From the IMG/VR virus record IMGVR_UViG_3300021295_000001: a stretch of DNA of 64,000 nucleotides, one strand, 5' to 3'. Below the pieces are notes generated by a model. It searched no databases. It was given only the letters and a program-made list of their open reading frames with translations, and had not been told where the DNA came from. Numbering within the stretch: the stretch's first letter is position 1; the number at the start of each line of letters is the position of its first letter. This document shows positions 30,749 to 41,470 of this stretch, piece after piece. This DNA comes from a virus. Taxonomy: Duplodnaviria; Caudoviricetes. The translations under genes and the position numbers were made by a program.

Positions 30749-31714
30749 ATGATTGTTTTCAACGTTTTCTCTAACCGCAAGCGCATAGGCGAAATCCCAG
30801 AGGTAGACGTCCTGATATGGACGGCGTCGCTCCTAAGGTACCGCTCGTTCGGGTACAGGACCAAACTCTACTGCACGAGGAAGGACATACCGTTCCTCGA
30901 CAAATGGGGCCTCAGGAGGCTGTACGACGTGATAGACGACGACACGCTTTCCGCAATCGGGCCGTTGGGGATAGACGAATCGAAATTCTGGTCGACTGGC
31001 AAGTTGACGGCCGTGAACTACCAAAAACACGACGTTTGGGAACAGGCGGTGTATTCCGACGTGGACGTGCTGATGAGGAAGCCGTTCGACCTGTCCCACG
31101 ACTGCTTGGTCTGGTCGCCAGAGGGGAAGGACGATGACGACGGGGGCATATACGTCCCGTGGGATGCCCTCAGCGTCCCAGACGGCTACGCGATGCCAGA
31201 GCACATAAGGGCGACGGACGACGCCTACAACTGCGGTGTGCTGTGGTTCGGCGGTGACAAGGGGCGCCAAGCGGTGGGCGATTGGTTCCGCGACTACGAG
31301 GACTTCGCCACGCTCAACCCGTGCGAGATAGTCGGTGGCGAGGACGTGGCCGATTTGCGCACCAACGACGCCGTGTGGGCCTGCAACGCCGAGCAGAGGT
31401 TCCTGAAGGCCACGCTGGACCGCGAAGGCTTGGACGTTGGGTTCGTGATGCCCGAGAAGGGCAACGGTCTGTCCGCTGACGGGGACCACTATTACTACTA
31501 CAGGGTCGTGTGGAGGTTCTTCAAGGAGAGCGGGCTCGCGATGAACTCCGACGCGTTGCGCGTGCTCAACGCGACGGTCAAGGAATGCTTGGAGACGATA
31601 AGGGACGCGGAACCAGGGCTGTACGAGTTCTGGCAGACCGTGCCGTGGGCGAGGAACTTCCTTGACGTGGTGGATTTGGGGCAAGGCCTGTTCCCGATTT
31701 CTTCCTATGTATGA
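30749..31714 (+). CDS. Putative GT-A-fold glycosyltransferase
   Basis: FW..GKL, YSDVD (DxD), YNCGV, AEQ..L motifs. Confidence 0.6.
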   Translation: MIVFNVFSNRKRIGEIPEVDVLIWTASLLRYRSFGYRTKLYCTRKDIPFLDKWGLRRLYDVIDDDTLSAIGPLGIDESKFWSTGKLTAVNYQKHDVWEQAVYSDVDVLMRKPFDLSHDCLVWSPEGKDDDDGGIYVPWDALSVPDGYAMPEHIRATDDAYNCGVLWFGGDKGRQAVGDWFRDYEDFATLNPCEIVGGEDVADLRTNDAVWACNAEQRFLKATLDREGLDVGFVMPEKGNGLSADGDHYYYYRVVWRFFKESGLAMNSDALRVLNATVKECLETIRDAEPGLYEFWQTVPWARNFLDVVDLGQGLFPISSYV

Positions 31715-31777
31715 GGGGTCCGACGGGGCCCCTTTTCGCATGCTAAATTACGTGACGTATACGAAGGAGGGAACCGC

Positions 31778-32119
31778 ATGGACTGGACTCAGGGAATAAT
31801 CGCTTTGCTCATAGGCCTCTGCGGTCTCGTCGGCGCTGGCGTCGCCGTTTGGTTCGCCGTCAAGGCGAAGGTCTCCGAGGTCAAGGGAAAGTCCCTTGCC
31901 GAACAGTGGGCCTTCGTGATGGAGGTCGCGGATTCCGCGATGAAGGAAGCCGAGGCCACCGCAAAGAAGGGCAAAGGCAAGAAGGAGATGGTCATACAGG
32001 CCGTCAAATCAGCCTGCAAGACCGCTGGCATCGACGTCGAGCCGTTCGTCGACCAACTCTGCGCCTACATAGACCAGTGCATCGCGTTCGTCAACTCGAT
32101 GAACGGCAAGGGGGAATGA
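31778..32119 (+). CDS. Holin, LL-H-like
   Basis: Single N-terminal TM helix; A...AE....KG..KK..V. Confidence 0.6.
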   Translation: MDWTQGIIALLIGLCGLVGAGVAVWFAVKAKVSEVKGKSLAEQWAFVMEVADSAMKEAEATAKKGKGKKEMVIQAVKSACKTAGIDVEPFVDQLCAYIDQCIAFVNSMNGKGE

Positions 32120-32121
32120 CG

Positions 32122-32316
32122 ATGGCGAAGAGAAGGAAGACTTACGTCGAGGTCCTGACGTCGTTCATATCGAACATGAGGGCCGAGAAGGCCGAGGCCG
32201 AGCCAGACGTCGTCGATGGCAACGAAATCGAATTGGTTTCGTCCAGCGTTTCCGAGAACGCGATAGAACTCGGTGACAGCACGCACGTAGAGGACCACGC
32301 GTTGGTCCTTGGATAA
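32122..32316 (+). CDS. Small hypothetical protein
   Basis: MAKRRKTYVEVLTSFISNMR; coupled to the holin stop. Confidence 0.55.
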   Translation: MAKRRKTYVEVLTSFISNMRAEKAEAEPDVVDGNEIELVSSSVSENAIELGDSTHVEDHALVLG

Positions 32317-32348
32317 TCAAAAAGCATTCGAAACGGAGGTAATTGGGA

Positions 32349-32792
32349 ATGGCTTACGTAAACAAGGTAAAGAAGGGTTCCGAGGAATGGGACATCCAGG
32401 ACGCCCGCATCCCCGAGGCTGAGCAGGCCGACGAGGGCAAGGTTCCTACTGTCAGTGCATCTGGTGAGTACGTTTTGGCCACCCCGTCTGGCGGAACTAA
32501 GTTATACAAGCATGCTTTAGCAAAAAGCGACTTTACAGTTGGGGCTGACATAATCACCAATTCTAGTGGTTCGTTATTCGATACGGAACAGACAATAATA
32601 TCTGTTAACAACGTAAAAGGCGTTGCTCAATATGGTGGTAATTACTATATTGCATTGCAAAACTATTTTAACAGAGCAGGAGACACCATTGTCGGATTTT
32701 CTATAACATCCCTATTGGTGTCAAATTTAGAAACAGTTGAAACACTTTCTTTTGACAGTTCGAACGCAACTGAGACAATAACTGCCCTATAA
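32349..32792 (+). CDS. Short fibre-tip-like protein
   Basis: WDIQDAR, D.GKV.TV...G, GGTKLYKH, then AT-rich variable domain. Confidence 0.6.
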   Translation: MAYVNKVKKGSEEWDIQDARIPEAEQADEGKVPTVSASGEYVLATPSGGTKLYKHALAKSDFTVGADIITNSSGSLFDTEQTIISVNNVKGVAQYGGNYYIALQNYFNRAGDTIVGFSITSLLVSNLETVETLSFDSSNATETITAL

Positions 32793-32809
32793 TAATTAAA
32801 TCAATTGGA

Positions 32810-32836
32810 AAAAGCATGCAAAACGCATGCTTTTTT
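32810..32836 (+). terminator. Rho-independent terminator
   Basis: AAAAAGCATGC-aaaac-GCATGCTTTTTT. Confidence 0.8.
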
Positions 32837-32876
32837 ATTTTGTTCATGTATAACCGTTAACCGTCGTAATTCCTCA

Positions 32877-34871
32877 TTGAAATACCAATCAATTCATGAT
32901 ACAATATCATCCGCGAGGAAAAATCATGGATAACTCTAAACCGACAAAAATCACCTATGGATACGACCGCCAACAGAGGTCGTGGTGCATCATCGTCGTC
33001 GACGCAGAGGGCAACGAAATCGAGTCATCCTACGTCGGGGACAGAATCGGTTGCGACCACGAGATAGAATATTTCAAAGGCAAATACGGAATCGACGCCA
33101 CCAAGAAATACAAAGCGTATTGACATAGCGTCCCGTTTGCCGCATAATGTAATCGCATAAGGAGAATCGCCATGGAAAAAGTCTACGAAATCAACTTCAT
33201 CATCAGAAGGAACAACCGCGACAACAAGTTCGTTACCTACCTAACTGCCAAAAACGCGAAAGACCCCCGCAAGCAATTCGACAACGTCGACCGACTTGGA
33301 ATCCGTTCGGATTGGGAAACCGCCCATCGCTTCCACGTCGAAGTCAAGAGAATCAACGAAGTCAACCCCGCCAAGATTGGCTTCACATACGCCAGATAAG
33401 GAGAAACAAACATGGAAAAGTTCGTCATCAACTACTTCAACGAAAGGGAAGTCGGGTACTTCGGCACCGTCGAGGGCGCGATTGAATACGCGGAGGGGTT
33501 CGCCAGGAACCTCATCCTCACATACGACGGGGAAATCTCCATCCGCGACGGCAACGGCGATGAGGTCGCGTCCCAGAAATGGAACGTCGCGGAAGACGGC
33601 TCCTCCACGCCAGAGGATTGGCGCTGGACCTGCGCTTACTGATAGGGGGGGAACGGAAATGGAACCGAACGAAATCATGGATAGGCTGAACGCCATCACC
33701 AAGGCGGAACTCGAACTCAACTGGAACCTGGGCGAGGTTTCGAGGGCTGTCATCAACGATTCTAACAAAAACGCCAAGCACGTCGTCTTGGCCCGCGAAC
33801 TCGAGGACGAACTCAACAAGGACATAAGGGACGGGTACGTCGCCAAGGTCGGGTTCCTCGGCACCCTGACCATCTACAGAAAGGAACGGGGACCCGTCGG
33901 AGAGCACCTGGTCGAGGTCAAGAGAATCGAATCCGAGAACTCAAAAAAACTCCCTTACGGATACGTCATGGGCAGGAAGTTGCCCAAGCGCGCCTACGAG
34001 CAGACCCTCGCTTCGATGAAATAGGAGGACGAAAACATGATGCTGACATATCTATTCCGCGGAATCCAAGAAGCCGAGGCTAGTGCGAGCACGCACATCG
34101 GGAACGGATGGTACGAGCCACACTACGAGGAAGTGGAACTCGAGGAATACTTCGATTACTACGTCGAGCCGAAAACGGAGGACTACGTAGCCTATATCAT
34201 GTGGCGCGTCATCCGCATCGACCCTAGGGCCGACAAGGAATACATCCGCGGTTGCGCGTCCGCAATCGAGCGTTGCATCGAGTCCGAACTGATTCATACC
34301 GACGCAATCGACCGCGACCCGCGCTTCGCCGACATGGTGAAGGACATCTACGAGGAAGACGCCTACGAAGCGTTCCGCGAGGAATACGGTTGCATCGACT
34401 GACGGTCGCCACACGCGAAGGCTGGGTAAGGATAAGGCAAGTCCTCCGTCATAAGGCGAATGAAATTCGTTCGTTTTCCTATTGACGAAATACGACATAC
34501 GTGTTACAATATACGCGTCAAAAGGAGAAACGGACATGGAAACCTTACTTGAAAAACAACAACGAATCATCAAGGAAATCGAGGAGCATTTCGGTAAAAG
34601 CGCCTACGAAGTCGCGAGCGATAAAAAGTTATCGAAAGACCCGTTCTTCATCGAAAAGGATAAGGAGTTCGACAGACTTCAAAACCTTATCGACACCGAG
34701 TGCTTCTAAAGGTAAGGAGAACCAACTATGAAAGACTTCGACAAAATCGGAAACGACATCGACAAGGCCATCGAACAAGCCAAGGCCGAACTCAAGGCGA
34801 GGAACCTCACCAAGAAGGTCGCAGCGAGGGCGATGGAAATCTACTGCCAACTCAGAAAGCAAGGAAAATAA
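32877..34871 (+). other. Early-gene islet: small ORFs 32926-33123, 33172-33399, 33412-33642, 33659-34024, 34037-34402, 34536-34709, 34728-34871
   Basis: sigma70 promoters TTGAAA-17-TACAAT (32877), TTGACA-17-CATAAT (33120), TTGACG-17-TACAAT (34482); AGGAG RBSs; terminator at about 34892-34915. Confidence 0.75.
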
Positions 34872-34953
34872 CCGCGAGCGAACCATGAACGCCACCCAAT
34901 CGGGTGGTTTTCTTTTGCTAAATTACCGTAGATAGGCGTTTGGAGAAGATTTC

Positions 34954-37410
34954 TTGGACACTGAATTCAACAAGGACACTTTGAATGGGCTCAGCGACGA
35001 AGAGCGCGAGTTGGCTTTTTCCATACTCGGCGAGTTCGCCAAGGACGGTTCATCCAAGACGTACGACGAACTGCTTTACGAGGACTATTCGGAGATACCC
35101 GTCGGCATAGAGGAGTTTTTGCACGAAAGAAGGTTCCTCGGGAACGGCCTCACGGACCAAGACGGGAGGTTCACCATATTCCCATATTGGGTGGAGACTC
35201 TCAAGGACATCTTCCCGACGAACACCACGACCAAATACAACACGGTCGTTTTCACGGGCGCCATCGGCTTGGGCAAGTCGACGATAGCCGTCATAATACT
35301 GCTCTACATGCTTTACAGGCTCCTCTGCCTTAAGGACCCATACCTTTACTATGGGATGCAACCGATAGACAAGATAAGCATCTCGCTTATGAACATAACA
35401 ATAGAGAACGCGAAGGGCGTCGCCTTGGACAAGATGAACCAACTGATACTTTCCAGCGAATGGTTCATGTCGCACGGCAAGATGGTAGGCATAGAGAACC
35501 TGATGTACAAACCAGAGAAGCACATCGAGGTGATAACCGCGTCCAGCAACAACCAAGTCATCGGTCGTTGCTTGGATGGGAACACGGTTATATTGACGGA
35601 AGACGGGGAGCACACGCTCAACGAATTGGTCGGCAAAAACATCAAGGTGGTATCCATAGACGACGAAGGCAACCGCGTGCTGAGCGATGAGTGCACGGTT
35701 TTGCCGACGGTCATGACGTCCGAGCAATTCATATTGACATTGGAAGACGAAACGGTCATAGAATGCACGCCAGAACACAGATTCATGATGGCGGACGGCG
35801 CTTATGCGGAGGCCAAGGACCTGAAGCGGGGAGACGAATTGTTCGGCGACAAAGGCATTAGGGTCAAGTCGATACTCCGCTCGTGGTCTTCCGACCCGAA
35901 GGTCATGTACGACGTGGTGGACGCGTACCCACACAACAACTTCCTAGTAAAGACAAATTCTGGGGCCGTGTGCTCGCACAACTGCGTTTTCGCGAATTTC
36001 ACCGATGAGGTCAATTTCGGCCTCACCAACGACGTGGAGAAACTGAAGAAGAAGCAGAAAACGCTAATATCGCAGATAGACGCCCGTATGCGCTCCCGTT
36101 TCCAAAGGGACAAGAACGGGGAGACGTACCTCCCAACCATAAACGTCATCGCGTCCTCGAAGAACAGCGAGCAGTCCTTCCTTGAGGATTACATAGAGAC
36201 CAAGAGGAAGAACGAGTCGAAGACCACGCTCATAGTCGACGAACCGCAGTGGGTCGTCGACAGCCGTAAGGACAGCAAGGTCAAGTTCCAGGTGGCGATA
36301 GGCAACAAGTTCCTCGCCAACGAACTCCTGCCCGTGGGGTGCCCGAAGCAACTCATAGACGAATACAAGGCCAGGGGCTACAGGATAATAGACGTCCCGA
36401 TAGGGTACAGGGAGAAGTTCGACGACGACCTCGACGGCTCGCTGAACGACATCGCTGGCATAGCGACGCAATCCTCCGTCAAATACATAAGCGGTATACG
36501 CTGGAACGAGATAAAGACGGACGCGTACAAGAACCCGTTCACCAAGGAAATCATAGAGGTCGGCACCGCCAAGGACGACTTGGCTCAATACGGCGACTTC
36601 TTCGACATGTCGCGCGTCGAGCCCAACATGCTAGGCCTCCCTATGTACGTGCACCTCGACATGTCCAAAAGCAACGACAAGACGGGCATCGCTGGCGTGT
36701 ACATAATGGGCAAGAGGCCGTCGAAGCCTGGGGTGGACTCGTCTAGGGACATGTTCTACAGGGTCGCGTTCTCGGTATCCGTCAAGGCGCCGAAGGGATA
36801 CGAAATCTCGTTCGACAAGAACAGGGAGTTCATCCGTTGGCTCAGGGCCAAGGGATTCAACGTCAAGGGCGTGTCCAGCGACACCTACCAAGCGGCGCAG
36901 ATACAACAGCAACTCACCGCCGACGGGTTCGACGTGAAGACCATATCCATGGACCGATTGGATTCCGAGACGAAGACGCAACTCCAGTACGCTTACCTCA
37001 AATCCACCATATACGAGCGCAGGATGGACGTTTACTCAGACTGCGACTTCCTCACCGACGAGGTGTTGGGGCTGGAAAGGGAAGGCGACGGGCACATAGA
37101 GCACCCCGAGCAGGGCACGCAGGGCAGTAAGGACGCGATAGACGCCGTCACTGGCGCCCTGTGGAACGCGTCGAAGCACGCCGACGAATACGCGTATGAG
37201 TACGGCGAGAACATGAAGGCGATGCTGGACGTGAACGAGGACGTGAACAAATCCGACAAGAAGCAGATTACCGTCGCGTTCGAGGACGAACTGAAGAGGG
37301 CGTACGCGGATTCCGCGCCGTGGGGCCCGAAAAAGCAGGACGACAGGAATGCGGACGAGAGACTAAGGGCCCAGCAGGAGATGTACAGCCTGATGGGAAT
37401 CATAATATGA
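34954..37410 (+). CDS. terL: Terminase large subunit (T4 gp17-like) with intein
   Basis: Walker A GAIGLGKS, Walker B FANFTDE, nuclease VHLDMS...D...KDAIDA. Confidence 0.9.
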   Translation: MDTEFNKDTLNGLSDEERELAFSILGEFAKDGSSKTYDELLYEDYSEIPVGIEEFLHERRFLGNGLTDQDGRFTIFPYWVETLKDIFPTNTTTKYNTVVFTGAIGLGKSTIAVIILLYMLYRLLCLKDPYLYYGMQPIDKISISLMNITIENAKGVALDKMNQLILSSEWFMSHGKMVGIENLMYKPEKHIEVITASSNNQVIGRCLDGNTVILTEDGEHTLNELVGKNIKVVSIDDEGNRVLSDECTVLPTVMTSEQFILTLEDETVIECTPEHRFMMADGAYAEAKDLKRGDELFGDKGIRVKSILRSWSSDPKVMYDVVDAYPHNNFLVKTNSGAVCSHNCVFANFTDEVNFGLTNDVEKLKKKQKTLISQIDARMRSRFQRDKNGETYLPTINVIASSKNSEQSFLEDYIETKRKNESKTTLIVDEPQWVVDSRKDSKVKFQVAIGNKFLANELLPVGCPKQLIDEYKARGYRIIDVPIGYREKFDDDLDGSLNDIAGIATQSSVKYISGIRWNEIKTDAYKNPFTKEIIEVGTAKDDLAQYGDFFDMSRVEPNMLGLPMYVHLDMSKSNDKTGIAGVYIMGKRPSKPGVDSSRDMFYRVAFSVSVKAPKGYEISFDKNREFIRWLRAKGFNVKGVSSDTYQAAQIQQQLTADGFDVKTISMDRLDSETKTQLQYAYLKSTIYERRMDVYSDCDFLTDEVLGLEREGDGHIEHPEQGTQGSKDAIDAVTGALWNASKHADEYAYEYGENMKAMLDVNEDVNKSDKKQITVAFEDELKRAYADSAPWGPKKQDDRNADERLRAQQEMYSLMGIII
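35569..35982 (+). mobile_element. Mini-intein (138 aa, no endonuclease domain)
   Basis: CLDGNT start, block B CTPEHRF, MYDV...HNN, terminal SHN followed by +1 Cys. Confidence 0.92.
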
Positions 37411-37453
37411 CCGAACGGTGCGAAATTATATTGATGGAGAAAGGAAAAAAAGC

Positions 37454-39292
37454 ATGGCGAATGAGAAGAAGAGCAACAAACTCGTAGGCAAGAAAGCCAG
37501 GCCAGTGCCGACCGAGAAGCCAGAGATAGGCGTCGATTTGGAAGGCCAGCACATGCTGAAACTGCTCGACGCTGCCGAGAACGGTAACCTCGACACCCCA
37601 GCGTTGGAGTCGTTCAATTCAACCGCGCAATCGCGCGAATACATATACAACTTCATAGACTCGATGGCGCTCGACGACAGGGTGTCCGCCGTTTTGGACG
37701 TGTACGCCTCCGACTGCGTCGAGACCAACGACGACGGTAAGGTCGTGTGGTGCGAGAGTTCGGACCCAGACCTGGCCAAGACGGTCAACTACATACTGGA
37801 CTCCGTGAACGTCGACAAACACGCGTACGAATGGATTTACTCCCTCATCAAATACGGGGACCTATACCTCAAGATGTACAGGCGCTCCGACGTCGAGGCG
37901 GACGACGCGGGCTCCGACGGAAGGCTCAACGAGGACGTGAACGCCATGGTCCATTCGGCTGGCGACCACTACGTCCATTACGTGGAGATGGTGCCGAACC
38001 CTGGCGAGATGTTCGACCTCACGAAGATGGGCAAAACCGTCCTGTTCGTGCAGGCCCCAACGTCCATACAGAACATGATAAAGGACGTGTCCCCCACGTA
38101 CAGGATGCTCACCTACAAGATAAAGAGGTCCGACGTGAACGTTTACGGCCCGACCGACTTCGTCCACGCCAGCCTCGCCGACGCGAACACGATGCGCAGT
38201 CCCGAGGAGGTCAGCATATTCCTGAACGAGGACGACTACAAGAACGATTCCAACTCTAAGGACTACACGGTCAAGAAGGGCCAATCGTTCCTATACAACC
38301 TGTTCAAGGTCTGGAGGCAGTTGTCACTCATCGAGGACAGCCTGATAGTCAACAGGGCCACGAGGTCCAGCCTCGTTAGGATAATGCAGGTCGAGGTCGG
38401 CAACATGCCCGCGGAGCAGGTCGCCCCGTACCTCCAAAGGCTCAAGGCGAACATCGAGCAGAAGACGGCCATGTCCCTGAACAACGGAATCCAAGAGTAC
38501 AACAACCCTGGCCCGATGGAGAACACCATATTCGTCCCGACCCACGGCGGTCAGGGCGTCATATCGTCCCAGGACATGGGCGGGGAATACGACCCGAAGC
38601 AACTGACGGACCTGGATTACTTCGTCAACAAGTTCTACGGGGACGTCGGAATCCCGAAGCAGTTCTTCTCGTTCACCGACGACGGCGCTGGGTTCAACGG
38701 CGGTTCGTCGCTGGCCATCATATCGTCGAGGTACGGCAAGAACGTCAAGAAATACCAGAACACGTTCTGCCAGTTGATGACGGACATGGTCAACCTGTTC
38801 CTCATAGACAAGGGGCAGGGAGGTAGCATCGGCAAGTTCACCATCAAGATGCAACCGCCCCTCACCCAAGAGGAGATAGACAGGCGCGAGAACATGCGCA
38901 ACAGGATGGGCGTCGTGAACGACGTGATGAGCCAAGTCGGGCAGGTCGTGGAAGACGACGTGGTCAAACTCAAGGTCATGAAGACGCTTCTGTCCCAGAC
39001 CCTCACGGACAACGAGGTCGTGTCCATCCTCGACGAATACATCGAGGCCAAGGAGGCCGAGGCGAACAAGGCGTCCGAGGGCGACGACGGGGAACCGAGC
39101 GAAGGCAAGGGTGAGGCGCCGAAGACCGAGATTAACATAGAGAGGGAGCGCCCGTCGATGGCGACCCCTCCGACCCCGCCATCCGCCCCAGCGGAGGAAC
39201 CGAGCGAACCGACGTTCGGGAACGAGCCAGAGGAGGACAGTTACCTCCCTTCGCCCGACGAACTCGGCGTCTCGATGCTCGGCGAGATATAA
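37454..39292 (+). CDS. Portal protein (T4 gp20-like)
   Basis: W.QL.L.ED.L...R..R, IMQVEVGNMP, DLDYF..K.Y...GIP; position after terL. Confidence 0.88.
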   Translation: MANEKKSNKLVGKKARPVPTEKPEIGVDLEGQHMLKLLDAAENGNLDTPALESFNSTAQSREYIYNFIDSMALDDRVSAVLDVYASDCVETNDDGKVVWCESSDPDLAKTVNYILDSVNVDKHAYEWIYSLIKYGDLYLKMYRRSDVEADDAGSDGRLNEDVNAMVHSAGDHYVHYVEMVPNPGEMFDLTKMGKTVLFVQAPTSIQNMIKDVSPTYRMLTYKIKRSDVNVYGPTDFVHASLADANTMRSPEEVSIFLNEDDYKNDSNSKDYTVKKGQSFLYNLFKVWRQLSLIEDSLIVNRATRSSLVRIMQVEVGNMPAEQVAPYLQRLKANIEQKTAMSLNNGIQEYNNPGPMENTIFVPTHGGQGVISSQDMGGEYDPKQLTDLDYFVNKFYGDVGIPKQFFSFTDDGAGFNGGSSLAIISSRYGKNVKKYQNTFCQLMTDMVNLFLIDKGQGGSIGKFTIKMQPPLTQEEIDRRENMRNRMGVVNDVMSQVGQVVEDDVVKLKVMKTLLSQTLTDNEVVSILDEYIEAKEAEANKASEGDDGEPSEGKGEAPKTEINIERERPSMATPPTPPSAPAEEPSEPTFGNEPEEDSYLPSPDELGVSMLGEI

Positions 39293-39323
39293 GACTACTG
39301 ACACCATTGGGAGATTCCTATAA

Positions 39324-39803
39324 ATGCTTACAAACAACGATTTGATTCTACTGCTCACGGAATTGCAGGACGACGGCGACGCCGAGGCGTTGCCCCTCAT
39401 AAGGGAGGCCGTCGGGAAACAGACAGTTTCCCTCAAGGCCCTCAAACACGTGAACGAACGGCGCCAACTAGACGTCGTGTCGTTCTACGAGCACCTGCGC
39501 AAGAACCACAACGAGAAGCGCAGTCCGCTCTACAAGAACATCGTGTCGGAAACGGACGACGCCAACGAGATATTGACCACGCTCCACGCGTTCCTCCTGC
39601 AGGCGTTCCTCTTCGGGAGGAAGGTGTCCGAGGAGACGAGGATTCAGTTCTTCAAGCACGTGAGGGCCGAGGAGGTGTCCGACGTCCTGAAACGCTACTA
39701 CGACGGATTCGACGTCACGTCGGCCATGAGGATGCTCAGGCTGATACGCGCCGACCTCATGGCGTTCGAATACGTGAACGGAAGAAGGGAATTGGGCGAA
39801 TGA
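39324..39803 (+). CDS. Hypothetical head-module protein
   Basis: Helical ORF with RBS between portal and protease. Confidence 0.7.
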   Translation: MLTNNDLILLLTELQDDGDAEALPLIREAVGKQTVSLKALKHVNERRQLDVVSFYEHLRKNHNEKRSPLYKNIVSETDDANEILTTLHAFLLQAFLFGRKVSEETRIQFFKHVRAEEVSDVLKRYYDGFDVTSAMRMLRLIRADLMAFEYVNGRRELGE

Positions 39804-39888
39804 AACCGCTTTTCCGCCACGCGCCAATGCTAAATTCGGTGAGACGCGCGCACGGCGTCGTTCTTTCGTGCAAAAAAGAGGTTAGGAA

Positions 39889-41421
39889 ATGACGAACGAG
39901 ACCATAATGGAGACTCTGAAGGTACAGCCCCTTTCCGAGGAGGAAAAGCAGGCCCGCCACATCCTGAAAAGGCTGACTGGGCCCATCGCGTCCTGCAAGG
40001 AAGGCACGAGGAACGGCAGGAAGTACAACCGCGAACTCTGGGAGAAGGCGCTCAACGACGACATCTTCAAGGAGAAGATTGACACGAAGAGCCTGTTCCT
40101 GGAACTCGGCCACCCCGACAGGGACGAGACCGACATGAACTGCGCCTGCGCGTGCATCCCCGAGATGCCCAAGATAATCGACGGCGACCTATACGCGGTG
40201 GTCGACGTACTGGACACCCCAGTCGGAAGGTTGCTAAACACCCTAATCGACTACGGGTTCCAGCCTGGCATCAGTTCCCGTGGCACGGGTGACGTCATAG
40301 AGGGTTACGACGGCGAGTCCGAAGTCGACCCCGAGACGTTCTTCCTGGAAACGTGGGACATAGTCCAGACACCCGCCCTCAAGAAGGCCAGGCTGGCCGT
40401 CACCGAGGGTCTGGAAAAGGAGAAGGCCGACCTCAACGTCGCGTTGAGGGAAAGCCTCAAATCGTCCTCGGAGGAGGACAAGAAGATGATGACGGAGGCG
40501 CTCAGGAACGTGGGCATCGACGTCGTCGAAGAAGAGAAGGTATCAGACGCCGTCGAGGCGGAGGATATAAAGGAAAGCGAATCCGAAGGGTCCGAAAAGG
40601 AAAGCAAGGAAGCCGTGGATGACGGGACCGACGCGTTGATTAAGGGACTCCAGGAGGCGCTCAAGGCCAAAGCGGAATTGGAGGCGACCGTCAAATCGCT
40701 TCGGGAGAGCCTTGCAGTCAGCGATGCTAAGGTGGGCAAACTCGAGGAGGAGAACGGAAGGTGCAAGGGCACAATCGTGCGACTCACCAAACTGTCCGAG
40801 GGTTCCAAGGAATCGGCCAAGAGGATAGCCTCACTAGAGGAGGAACTGAAACGCAAGACCGAGAGCATCAACATGCTCACGAAGGTGACCGCCGAAAGCA
40901 AGGCAAGGATGGACGACGAGAACCGTTCCCTGCGCGAATCCGCGAAACGCGGGTCCGACGAACTCGGGAGACTGAGGAGGGAACTCAAGGAATCCAAAGA
41001 GGCCAACGAGCAGAAGGTACGCTCACTGGAGGAATCGGCGCGCAAGGCTGGCGCCAGGTCCGCGAAGGAAATAGCCGAATTGAAATCACGCCTGGACAAA
41101 TCTTCCAAACTCGCTGAGGGTTACAGGAAGATGGCGAACGACACCATGTCGAGCCTAATCTCGACCAAAGCCGTCCAGTTGGGCGTGTCCGAGAACGACA
41201 TCAGGTCGCGCCTCGGCGAATCCTACACGTTGCAGGACGTGGAGGACGTGTGCGAGTCCCTAAGCGAGTACTCGCTCAACCTCAGCAGGTTGCCTTTCCG
41301 CCTGGACGGGAACGCCACCGTAAGAATCAAGGAATCCAAGATGCCGACCGCCAAGCCGACCCCGTCGTATTACGACGACGACATCGACGAGCACTCGTTG
41401 CGCATCGCGGGCCTCGATTGA
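39889..41421 (+). CDS. Prohead protease (T4 gp21-like) fused to coiled-coil scaffold
   Basis: NGRKY, ELGHP, DTP.G, GISSRGTG, WDIV..P; long E/K-rich coiled-coil C-terminus with many LxE sites. Confidence 0.88.
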   Translation: MTNETIMETLKVQPLSEEEKQARHILKRLTGPIASCKEGTRNGRKYNRELWEKALNDDIFKEKIDTKSLFLELGHPDRDETDMNCACACIPEMPKIIDGDLYAVVDVLDTPVGRLLNTLIDYGFQPGISSRGTGDVIEGYDGESEVDPETFFLETWDIVQTPALKKARLAVTEGLEKEKADLNVALRESLKSSSEEDKKMMTEALRNVGIDVVEEEKVSDAVEAEDIKESESEGSEKESKEAVDDGTDALIKGLQEALKAKAELEATVKSLRESLAVSDAKVGKLEEENGRCKGTIVRLTKLSEGSKESAKRIASLEEELKRKTESINMLTKVTAESKARMDDENRSLRESAKRGSDELGRLRRELKESKEANEQKVRSLEESARKAGARSAKEIAELKSRLDKSSKLAEGYRKMANDTMSSLISTKAVQLGVSENDIRSRLGESYTLQDVEDVCESLSEYSLNLSRLPFRLDGNATVRIKESKMPTAKPTPSYYDDDIDEHSLRIAGLD

Positions 41422-41470
41422 CCCTTCAGGAAAAACATTTCACATCACACATATCAACAGGAGAAAAAAC

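Noticed and set aside
30833-39445. Long antisense ORFs (e.g. 30833-31741, 35050-35934, 38324-39445)
   Set aside because: These are shadow frames of GC3-rich genes, with no RBS or protein motifs.
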